Shown: positions 25,101-35,531 of the stretch, piece by piece
Position numbering within the stretch: the first letter of the stretch is position 1
Layout of the letters: every line of letters begins with the position of its first letter
From: Podarcis bocagei
Taxonomy: Eukaryota
DNA length: 64,000 bases
NCBI GenBank assembly: GCA_964188305.1
Contig: OZ076885.1
Reading direction: 5' to 3' (one strand)
The notes under the pieces: model-generated
Told to the model about the DNA's origin: nothing
The model's input: the letters and a program-made list of their open reading frames with translations, nothing else
Database searches by the model: none
Position numbers and translations under genes: made by a program

Positions 25101-28100
25101 TCTAAGGCACCCATCTGAGACTTATTCTACCCAGTCTGTTAATGAATGGCTGTGAAGCTGGATGCTTGTAATCTTTGTTAAGGCAAAATGGAGCTCATTA
25201 GGACCATCAGAGCTCTTGAGTAGTATTCATAGAATAATAAATTTTAGAGTTGAAAGGGACACCAAGGGTCATCTAGTCCAACCCGCCTCAATGGAGCACT
25301 CTCAGCTATTGAACCCATATTGTGTGCCTCTCACCTGCTTGAGTCTTTGCCTCAAATTCTTCAGCTGTGAGCATGCAGTGACCCAGGAGCCGCTGCTTTA
25401 GGTTGAAACGATGCCAATCTAGTCGATAATGCTCAGTCTGAACAGGAAAAGAAAGGGACAGTGGGAGAGCCAACAAAGGCCACAGTAGTAACTGGTTCAG
25501 TGTTCGGCATCTATATCTCAGGCTACATAGGGCAGGCAAAAGCACCTCTTTGCAATGATCTTGAAATACTGAGTGCTTAGTTAAGGACATAAAACAGTAT
25601 CTGGGTCAGTCCAATATGGAAGTTGCATATCTGTTATTACTATGAATCTAGGGACTACAATTCCCATCATAAAAAATCCTATTTGTGTTGTGATTTGGGG
25701 GACTTGAAGTCTTAGGAACATAAGAGCAGTCCTGATAAACTGGACCGAAGGTTCATCTTAGTCCAGCATTCTGCTCTCATAGTGGCTAATTAGATACCTA
25801 TGGGAAGCCTGCAAACAGGACCTGAGCACAACAACACTCTCCCCACTTGTGATTCTCAGCAATTGGTATTCAGACATATTGCCTCCAATAGTAGAGGCAG
25901 AACGTAGCCATTAAGACTGGGTGCCATTGATAGCCTTATTCTCTATTACAGGGGTGGGGATTCTTCAAACCATGGGTCTAACTGGATCCATGAGGCTGTT
26001 TTCTTCAACATGCCCACTTCCAAACCTCACTTCATATGTGACATGAGATTTGGGGCAGGTAAGCAGATGCTTACAAAAGAACAATTGGGAGCTTAAAGTG
26101 AGTGCTTGATTGTCCCTTTGCAAGCAAGGCTTGCTGACAGTCCTGAGCAGCACTGTTAATGAGCATCTTTGAAGGCATACTTTGACTGACAGCGAACCTT
26201 AAAAAAGCCTTGCAGCAAGTCCCTTTGAAGTCCTTTTCAGGTGCAATTTGAATCCAAACTGCACCTGCAAACAGACAACAAAGAAGCTTGCTACCACAGA
26301 TTAGCTGCCTAGCAGTTACAGCTTGGTTAAAGAAATTGGCCTGGGGAGGATGGAGGAATTAAGGATCTGGCCTGCAGACTGGATCCAGTTCCCCACCCCT
26401 GAGTTTGTCTAATCCTCTTTAAGGCCAACCAAGTTTGCGGCCCTCACTACATCCCAGGAGAAAAAATAGCATAGTTTTAACTATATGAAAAAGTCCTTCC
26501 TTTTGCCTGCCCTGAATCTTCCATCAATCAGCTTTATTAGATGACTCAGAGTTCTAATATTACTTTTTTAATTTATATTTTTTATACCTTGACGTTCAAA
26601 AAAGCAAAAATGCAAAAAGAGAGAGGAGAAAGAAAGTGTTATATCAATGAGAAACAATTTTATGTACAAAATTATCTATCCCTTTTTCATTCAGTACTGA
26701 ATAAACAAGGGCCATCTCTTGATAAAACAATGTTGCAAGCTGTTACTTATAGCTTCCCTTTTATATATTAACTGTGGGAGTAATTCAACACTGGTTGTTC
26801 TGTCAGTGCAAACATTTCAGCTCTGAAGTCCCAACAACCAGCTGATAAATGGGACTTCCGAGTGCAGTGCACGGGATCAAACTACACAACACTTTGAAGC
26901 CCTGATGATCAACTGATTGTTGGAACTTTAAAGCACTATATCACCAGTCATTGTGAGGTGATTGAAAGGAGAGGTGGCTCCACCCACCTGTCAAATTTCA
27001 CCAGTGCAGAGGGTAGGGTAGGTTAATTGGGGGGGGGGGTTATTGGGTTGTTTTTGTTTTAATTATGTATGTTGTGTTTTTATATTGTGATTTTATCCTG
27101 TGAACCGTCCTGAGACCTGCAGGTATAGGGCAGTATACAAATTTAATAAATAATAATATTAGTAGTAGTAGTAGTAGCAGCAGCAGTAGCAATAATAGAG
27201 ATAAGGATCTGGCCCACTGGCCATATCCAGATTCATGCTGTTGATCTACTGGATACTGCATTTCATCTGAGGACAAGAGACAAATGGATTTTTGCACCAT
27301 CCTGTTTCCACAGAAAGAACTGTTCAATAACATTCAGCAACACCCACCTGCTCCTCTCTATTGTCAAAGGCTTTTGAGCAGGCAGAGCAGTACATCCTGT
27401 CTGACACCTCTAAGATCCTACTAGGTCGATCTGCTCCCTTAGTCACTGTGGTGAACAGAATGAAAATGAACACAGTTACTGGCACAAATACAGTTATGTA
27501 TGAAGGAATGTAAATCTTTATTTAACACAACTCAAATGTATAACACCTTAGCGAATTCTGAGGGGCTTAATGTGAAAATCCTGATACAGAAGGCTGCATA
27601 TCTTAAACATTAGAATGAAAACCAAAAAAGGGAATTGAGAAATATTGTGTGAGAGAGAGTATCACTAACACCTCAATAGGAAGAATCCTGGATGGAATAC
27701 ACAAACAGCCCCAGTATTTAGTTTAAACATAACTGGTTTTAACTAATTGACAAAGATGCAAAATTACTAAAGCGGCACACTGATGATGTCATAAAGTGAC
27801 ACACTAACAAACACAAAAGGAAACCATGGTTTCTCATTACATGAATAAGGCACAGAAAGCCTACAGCTTCCTCTTTTTGTGGTCATGAGGATAAAATCAG
27901 AAGCATTTGATTCCCATTTTAAACTAAAAGTTTTCCAAGATGTTTGAGCTTTGGGAATTGCTGCTTGGTTACCAAGAACAAGCCAAGATCAAACTGTGGT
28001 TTCCAATCCTTATGTGTTTTCACCAACTGTAGTTTTAAACTCATGAGTCATGAACTCTGCAAACCTGGTGAACCCTTGGCCAGAACCCTTTTCCAGATAT

Positions 28101-28236
28101 ATGGCCCTTTAAAAGCAGTACCTGGAATGGCCACCGATGTGACATCTCCTGATGATTCAGTTACAAGGCAAAGTCCATTCATTAAAGCTGCATTCTGAGC
28201 TGCATCAAACACAGACAAGGTCTCAGCAGGCTGCAT
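16134..28236 (-). CDS. ANKZF1: Ankyrin repeat and zinc finger peptidyl-tRNA hydrolase/tRNA endonuclease (Vms1 orthologue), 15 coding exons, 690 aa
   Basis: Exons in transcript order: 28236-28122, 27445-27348, 25437-25335, 24737-24553, 23833-23718, 22776-22629, 22018-21796, 21479-21381, 20981-20820, 19591-19493, 19269-19017, 18369-18258, 17570-17403, 16412-16342, 16254-16134 (2073 nt). C2H2 finger CSAC...HYRLDWH; VLRF1 domain GGHFAGAIF and [18 protein letters not shown] (catalytic Gln); ankyrin repeats [12 protein letters not shown]; coiled coil; [14 protein letters not shown]; C-terminal CWLC...CSTNC finger. Confidence 0.95.
18421..18604. mobile_element. Short hAT-like (TAGGGTTGCCA-type) MITE
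   Basis: Imperfect TIRs CAGGCTGCCATA ... TATGGCAACCCTA; no clear TSD. Confidence 0.45.
24069..24158. mobile_element. 90-bp MITE with 6-bp TSD
   Basis: Perfect 13-bp TIR CATAGCTGTCAAC; flanks AGAAAG at 24063-68 and 24159-64. Confidence 0.75.
25715..25950 (-). mobile_element. Degenerate CR1 LINE 3' fragment
   Basis: Resembles squamate CR1 3' ends (AACATAAGA...AGTCCAGCATTCTG); recognised from memory, boundaries approximate. Confidence 0.45.
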
Positions 28237-28571
28237 GATCTGAGGGAGAAAGAGAGAAAATCAGCAAGCTTTTTTGGAAAGGGACCCTTCACTCCTACGG
28301 TTAACAACACATCCAGCTGTTATATCTCTATAACCAATAAGGAGTTATGAAAAATCTCCTTTGTCCTCAAGGGACAAATGCAAAAAACAGCCCCACCCCC
28401 CCAGGGCTGGAATTCTGTGTCTGTAACACACAGAAAGTATACTTTTTACAATAGGTGCAGCTTTCTCCTATTTCTCCTATTGACAATGAAGTTGCACCCT
28501 TCATTCTCCTTTCCATGGGCAGCAATTCTTAGGGGGACATATTATTCCGAGCCTATACCAGATATGACAAA

Positions 28572-28796
28572 CAGCGGTACCTTGGGTTAAGTACTTAATT
28601 CGTTCCAGAGGTCCATTCTTAACCTGAAGCACCACTTTAGCTAATGGTGCCTCCCGCTGCTGCCACGCTGCCAGAGCACGATTTCTGTTCTCATCCTGAA
28701 GCAAAGTTCTTAACCCAAGGTACTATTTCTGGGTTAGCAGAGTCTGTAACCTGAAGCGTATGTAACCTGAAGTGTATGTAACCCGAGGTACCACTG
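28572..28796. mobile_element. Tigger/pogo-like MITE (same family as 55085-55310, opposite orientation)
   Basis: TIRs CAG(C/T)GGTACC; TA at the right end; internal sequence is the reverse complement of the 55085 copy. Confidence 0.8.
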
Positions 28797-30019
28797 TATA
28801 GGCTAAAGGCTTCTATTTCTTATTATAAATACATGGTAGGGCAGCAAGCGGGTTGTTTTGTAAACAGCTTTGAGGGTGTGTGTGTGTCTGTTTTAGCAAC
28901 CAAGCAATGAATACATTTTATGAAATAAATAAATAAAATAAAACAAGCACAACCCTAAATCTGCCTGTTTTAGGTCAAGTCAATTATTCTTGGAGACACC
29001 TTTTCCCCTCAGGTTCATGAAAGTGCACCTGCATACATGGTTACCTGTGAAGAACATTTTGTGGATATTGTCACTGAAGTCCCTTCTAAATCAGGGCTAA
29101 ATTCTACTACTGTATTGAGGCCCTACTCCTTTCATATTTTAATATCTTTTGGCCCTGGTACAACACTGAAATAAGAAGTTGCTGGGGCAGAAATAATCAA
29201 TTCTATTTTACAACAGCATAAGATACTAAGCTCTGGGATCAGATGACCAGCACACAGTTGCTCTCAAACTTTCTGTGTCCCAACTAGTGTCCAAAAGATC
29301 CAAAATCTCTTGGTGCCTCTATGATATGTCTCAATTTCCTAGTGGTGCTTGCAACAGATATTATTACAGTATTAAAAGTCTTTAACGGTTAGTCAAGAGC
29401 TGGAAAGAGTTAGTCTGAAAAGCTGTGTGTCTTGGAGAATTGTGCAGTAGTTCACTCACAACTGTACTGAGGTGCAACTGTGCACTAAAAATAATGACCA
29501 GGTCAAGGAAGGTCAGAAAATGAAGGATACGTCAGCTGTTTCAGACTGACTGATAAGTCATTCACCCCACCAAAGGTGAAGGTGGGGCAGAAAGGTCACC
29601 CAACCAGTTGTGAAGGCTACATACACAGTCCCAGAGTCAAGTATAAGAAGATCACATCATTTGTCTACACTGCAAGCAGCAACATAACAACAGAGCAAGA
29701 GACAGGGGGAAAAACTTCTCACGAGTCATAATCGAGACACAGAAACCACAGGACAAAACAGGCTAGCTATTATTATTTTAATTACTTAAGGCTAGCTACT
29801 GAGTCATAAGGATTACACATGCACAAGAAGTTACAGCAAAGGAAGAAAAGGCCAGTGCAGGTGGGGGCCGACAAGTGTCAAGAAAATCAATCAGGGTATT
29901 TATCAGGGTATTTTCCCCCCTAGGAACAATATCCTTTGACATGCTATTAAAGTATCCCAAGAATTCTTTGAGATAAGTATTAGTCCTGAGAGCAGAGCCC
30001 ACTGCCAGGGGTTCATATG

Positions 30020-30960
30020 ACGGGGTGAACCATTGTTCAGGCGCCGTGTCAGCTGCCACGTTCAGCAGGGCTGGTGGAGAAATGCAGCGTGGAAGAGGCC
30101 AAGAGAGGTAAGCCGCGCCACCCCGAGCGTTTCATGAGGCCCCGGGGATGCTGTCGGAACAGGGGGCGCTTACCACTCTCCGGGCTGGAAAGCACACGAG
30201 GCGCCCCTGCTTGTCTGGCTGCGGACCTTCGCCCTCTGGCGCACGTCACTTCCGTTTGTCACGGACCCCGCCCTCTCCCGTCGGAGACAATCCTTTCCCC
30301 GCCCCGCCTCCTCCTCTTCCTCCCCCCACCGCAGCTTTCCCATTGGCCCTCCCCGAGCCCACCTCCTCGTCCTTTCCCGGCCTTCCATTGGCAGCGGAAA
30401 GCGCCCGCCGGTCGGGACGAGGGAGGAGGCGAGTGGGGCGGAGAGAGAGAGAGTGACAGACGGAGCCTGGGAAGTCGCGGCGGCGGAGGAGGCTGAGCCC
30501 CGGGTCCGGTCACTAGGGGCGACTGTCCTGGAGGTGAGCCGCGCAGCCGCCGCCGGGAAAGGGATGGCGGGGGGGGGGGACGTGGGCCTCGCCTTGGAAT
30601 CCCCGCCGCGCCGCCTCCCTCCCGCTTCCCAAGTAAACAACCTCCGAGGAAGGCCCCTCCCGGCCCGGCTCAGCCAAAACAAAACAGCCTCGGAGGAGCT
30701 GCCTGGGGCCGCCCAAGGAAAAGCCCCCCCCCCCGGTCCCTCTCCCTTTCCAACTTGGGATGAGGGATCCGGCGGGTGAGCTGGCTCCCCTCCGGCTCTG
30801 CCCATCCCAGAGGGTGAGAGGGTTAAGGTGCAAACCAAAGGGGGCCCTTCCTCACCTGGCGAAGCAGGCCGTCTCGCCCTGGATTCCCTCTCTTTTGATT
30901 CGCGGGCGCCGGGGGAGCAGAACCAGCCCCTTCTTCGCCAATCAACCCTACAAAAGGGGC
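30020..30960. promoter_or_regulatory. CpG-island bidirectional promoter ANKZF1 (-) / ATG9A (+)
   Basis: High CpG; GCACGTCAC plus ETS ACTTCCG at 30241-30254; GC boxes; two ATTGG (CCAAT) boxes near 30342 and 30386; ANKZF1 exon-1 donor GTG|GTAAGC (minus, exon ends 30174); ATG9A exon-1 donor GAG|GTGAGC at 30533/4. Confidence 0.85.
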
Positions 30961-31003
30961 CTGGAGCTGGTCCTGTTTCCGGTTGGAGAGTGTTGAGTGG
31001 AAC

Positions 31004-31270
31004 CAGTGCTGGATTTACGTATAAATTTTGGGGCCCCAAAAAAATTTAAAAGGAAAAAAACACCAAAATATAAGATAAAAGTAAATAAATTAAAACCCAC
31101 ATACAGCAACAGTGTTTTGTGTTGTGTATGGGCCTATTAGGTCCATAAATTACCATATAGCATATATTCAACACAAAAAACAGGAACAATTTGTTGCTGA
31201 CAGCTGGACATATAAAGGGCCCTATTACCTTCAGTAGCTTAGGGCCTCAGCAAACCTAAATCCAGCCCTG
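31004..31270. mobile_element. hAT MITE with perfect 8-bp TSD
   Basis: TIRs CAG(T/G)GCTGGATTTA; TSD AGTGGAAC at 30996-31003 and 31271-31278; AT-rich body. Confidence 0.9.
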
Positions 31271-31482
31271 AGTGGAACCAGAAGCCTCCAAGGGTCATCC
31301 TGCCAGCCGAACGGCCACATGCCCCTTGAAAGTCTCCATCTCCAGTGTACATCCTGCCTTTTTTCTTTTCAGGCAGGGGGAAAAAGCACATTGGGGATCC
31401 AAGGCTAGAGATGCCAGTCAGATGCCCAGAGCACAGCACAAGCAGGGGGTTCCTGCAGCACTAGGGGTAGATGGAGCAGGTG

Positions 31483-31483
<1 letters not shown>

Positions 31484-31548
<65 letters not shown>

Positions 31549-31551
31549 TGT
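31484..31551. repeat. Compound (TC)n(TG)n microsatellite
   Basis: Direct reading. Confidence 0.95.
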
Positions 31552-33026
31552 ACCATGTGCATAGGTATTGCTTCAAGAGGGATTTATTTTACCATTTGTT
31601 TTTGTCTGTCTGAATTGTAGTAGCTTACACCAAGGGTGTGCCCTTCCTGTAGCTGTAGGCACTGCATCTACATGAGTCAAAGTACAGGGTAAATAAGGAG
31701 AAATATTTAAGAATGGGTGTGGTTGTTTTTATTTGCAAAAGTGGCAAGAATATATGTACATGCTCTGAATGAAGAAAAATCATTTGACATGCTGTTACAG
31801 TATCCCAAGGATCCTTTAATCCAAGTGTGGGTTGAAACTTTGTAGTAGTCCATGGGTGAATCACTGATTTCTGGTTGGCCTGCTGGTTGGTAGAATTCTT
31901 GCCAAGAATGTGGGAGTAGGCTAATTCTGGTCTTATCCAACAATACATGTCTTATCTACTAAGGCAAGAATGGATACGTTCGATCGCTAGTTGAAAAGAA
32001 AGAGAGAAGAGGTCACACATGACTGTAGTCCGCCCATGTTCTAGTCATGACAGACAGTTAAAAGTTCTAAATATCCTAAATGATTGTGCTGTAGAACATT
32101 TGGTCATGGAACTTATCTGAGACGTGACCCTGAACTTACTCGTAAGTGGTGCCAGTACTTTGTGCAATATTTAAGTGTTTTCAACTAGTTGGAAACAGTA
32201 ACCAAAGAGTTATCAAATTCAACATATATGTAAGCAGAGTAGAGAATGGCTAAGGATGTCCACAGTCACATTTGACTTCAAAAAATGAAATCTCAAAAAT
32301 GAAATGATTGGTTGAAAGTCAAGTTGAAAGTGAAAGACTAGAGGGTTAAATCTCTCCAAAGCATATTGGTGTTGTTTCAGAATTACAAGAATAGAAGCAT
32401 AGTTCAAATGTATACTGCAAGTCAGGGAAGATGCTAGTGTAATAGAAGCAAGGAAGCTGTTAGAGGCAATAAGGCTTCTTCCTTTCACAAAATGGGAGGT
32501 CTTGCTCAATTAAGGAGAACAAAATGGAACACATGCTTGCAAAACAAATTCAAAAAAGAAAGTAAGGTTTGAGGCGCATATAGCTAAAAACATTAAGATC
32601 AACAATAAAAAATATTATTAAAAGTGTGTGTGACAGAAGTGAAAAGGGAAAATTACGTGCCAATGATTCTGTCTGTCACATCCCAAAATAGGATACTGTA
32701 GAGCTGGAAAGTGTGGAAAAGGTAAACCAAAAACATTGGGTAACTTTTTTAGTTTTTTTTTAAAGGGGGAGCATGTCAAAGGGAAATAAACTTATACATG
32801 ATGTGAAGCAAGTGGGTAGAGAGAACTTTCCTCTTGCTCTGCCATAGTGCTGGAGCCTGAGGCCATTCAGCGAAGTGGGAGATTCAGGACTGATAAAGGG
32901 AACTGATAAACACACCTGCAAAATTGAAATTTGATACCATAGGATGTAGTGAAAGCCATAAACTTAGAGAGCTTTAAAAAGGATTTGACAAATTCATGGG
33001 GATAAGGCTACTATTCACAATGTCTA

Positions 33027-33921
33027 CCGTATTTTTCGCTCTATAGGATGCACTTTTCCCCCTTCAAAAATGAAGGGGAAACGTGTGTGTGTCCTATGGA
33101 GCGAAGACGCCATAGCCCCGCGACCCTCTCCCAGCTGGAGAGGTGACGCGCGGCTATGGCAGGAGGATTTATAGCCGCGCGTCACCTCCCCAGTCGGGAG
33201 AGCGCGCACGGGGCTAAAGCATCCCCCCGCGACCCTCTCCCGGCTGGAGAGGTGACGCGCGGCTATTGAGGCTCCTGCCATAGCCGCGCATCACCTCTCA
33301 AGCCGGGAGAGAGCGCACGCGCGGGGCTAAAGCAGCCCCCCGCGACCCTCTCCCTGCTGGAGAGGTGACGCGCGGCTATAGAGGCTCCCGCTAAAGCAGC
33401 CCCCCGCGACCCTCTCCCGGCTGGAGAGGTGACGCGCGGCTATGGCAGGAGCCTCTACAGCCGCGCGTCACCTCTGCAGCCGGGAGAGCGCGCGCGGGGC
33501 TAAAGAAGCCATAGCCCCACGACCCTCTCCCGGCTGGAGAGGTGACGCGCGGCTATGGCAGGAGCCTTTCCGCTGCTCCCTGACCTGCTCTTTGGGGCTG
33601 GTGGTGGGCTTCCCCCCGCCAGCCCCAAAGAGCAGGTCGAAAGGAACCTGAAGCCTGGAGAGCGAGAGGGGTCAGTGCACACCGACCCCTCTCGCTCTCC
33701 AGGCTTCCAAGGTAGCCGCCTGAACGCACCTTAAACGGCACCTTGTTTTACAGCGGGAAAACAAGAGGGGGAAAGTTCTCCCCCTCTCTGTGCAGCGCCT
33801 CCTGCCGCTTCACTGAAGGGGCGCTGGGCAGAGAGGGGGAGATTTTTTTTTTCTTGTTCTCCCCCCTCTAAAACAAAGTGCGTCCTATTGTCCGGTGCAT
33901 CCTATGGTGCGAAAAATACGG
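33027..33921. mobile_element. Tc2/pogo-type MITE with CpG-rich hairpin array, inserted in a probable CR1 relic
   Basis: 27-bp TIRs CCGTATTTTTCGC(T/A)C(T/C)ATAGGATGCAC; TA at 33025-26 and 33922-23; internal inverted repeat units 33116-33570. Confidence 0.9.
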
Positions 33922-35531
33922 TATATACTACCACCTGGGTCAGAGGCAGCAGGCCACAGAATACCAGTTGTAGGGGGAACAGCAGCAGAACAACAACCCT
34001 GAGTAATGGCCCCCTTGCCTACCTTTTCTGACCCTCTCTAGCAAGTTGCTGTGTGGCAGGAACCTTAATGATTAAATAACTGAAAATGCTGAGTTGCAAT
34101 GATGATGAGACTAAAAGACAGTGGCAATGAAAAGGTCACTGAATGCAAACCTCAAAAACTTAGATCCTTTTCTTGATCCCTTGAGACAGAAGGAGAGTCA
34201 ACCTGAGAGAGAATCTCTCTTGATTACACTCCCTCATGTACACACACACCTCCCAGAAGGGTAGATTCTCCCACAGATAATTGCCTTTCATTCCACCTAG
34301 ATGTCACTAAAATCCTCCTCATTATATCACTGGACCCTTTCCTTGTACGTACCATACTAGAGATCTCCAGACCTTATTTTAGGGTAGTTTGAGCATCAGT
34401 CTGTGTCTTTCAGCCACCCCTCCAACAACTGTCCATGCAACTCCATGTCACTCTCAAGGTACACCTTTAACGCAGTGCTGGGTGCCAGATCAAGAAGCCT
34501 GATAAGGGTCCTGTCACCCAGTATCATGAAGTTTGGTTCCCCAAAGAGCTGAAGTCACAAGGGCATAGAATTCCTGGCCCTAGTTATGGTCTTGGTCTTT
34601 TGCATACTTGCATCCACAGAGCTGCAGGAATATCTCATCTGAGCCTCAGTAGATCACCTTTGGCAAATTCTCTCTATCTTCCCAGGGTCCCATAGCTCCA
34701 ATAGGAACTCTTGCTTTTCTCTAGACTAGAAGTTTGAATGTGTTAGAATATTGGCTATAAAATGCACCTTTGAGTTTGCATATATGTTGTGCTTTACTAT
34801 GAATCTGTTTTGAAAATATGCATGTGAATGCATGCATACACAGGTTCTCAGATACACAAGAGCATGTGATTTGGCACCGTGGGTACAGGATACTAGACTA
34901 GATAAAGTTTTTTTATTTATCTTTTTTCATTATATTGCATTTTTTACTTCTGGTATAGAAAGAAAGCTAGAACTGTAGGCTAAAATGAAAGTGAAGCTGA
35001 AGTTCTTCTAAACCCCAGCTAGATAGGTTTCCTTTAGTTGAAACGTTGTACTTTCCTTTGTGTGTGGGAAGAGATTGATATACTTGCAAAGGTATGTATC
35101 AAGTCCCTGCTCTGCCTGTTCATGAAATTAAATGTATAATAACAACAACAAAACAACAACAACTTTGTTGCAGACAACAGTTTGTAAATATGATGTAAAG
35201 CAAAGATTCAAAACCCAGAATAGGTTTGGACAGGATGTTTCATGATCAGGCAGTGTTTCCTGCTCTCACCACCAATAATTATTTCCTACTTCTTGATTTG
35301 TTCTGTTTTGTCTCCTGCTTTCCTCTCTCCACTCTTTTCCTTCCTTGCCCTCTGCTATTTGGTCCCCACCAGAAGCTTCCAGTTCCTTTTAAGGGTAAAA
35401 CTAAAATGAAATGTGTCTTCCAACCCAACTGATGCCTTCTAGTTATGTCTTAAATGTTACTTTTTTTTTACCCTGTCTTTCCCCCCCTCAGAGCCTGTGT
35501 GACGTTGGATGAGGCCCAGCTCAGTGACAAC

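Noticed and set aside
30170-31039. 289-aa minus-strand ORF and neighbouring ORFs
   Set aside because: GC-rich CpG-island artefact: low-complexity Pro/Gly/Arg/Ala sequence that starts inside a MITE and has no domain.
33110-33570. Repeat-spacer pattern superficially resembling a CRISPR array
   Set aside because: Eukaryotic intron; units are inverted, the spacers are copies of each other, and the array lies within transposon TIRs.
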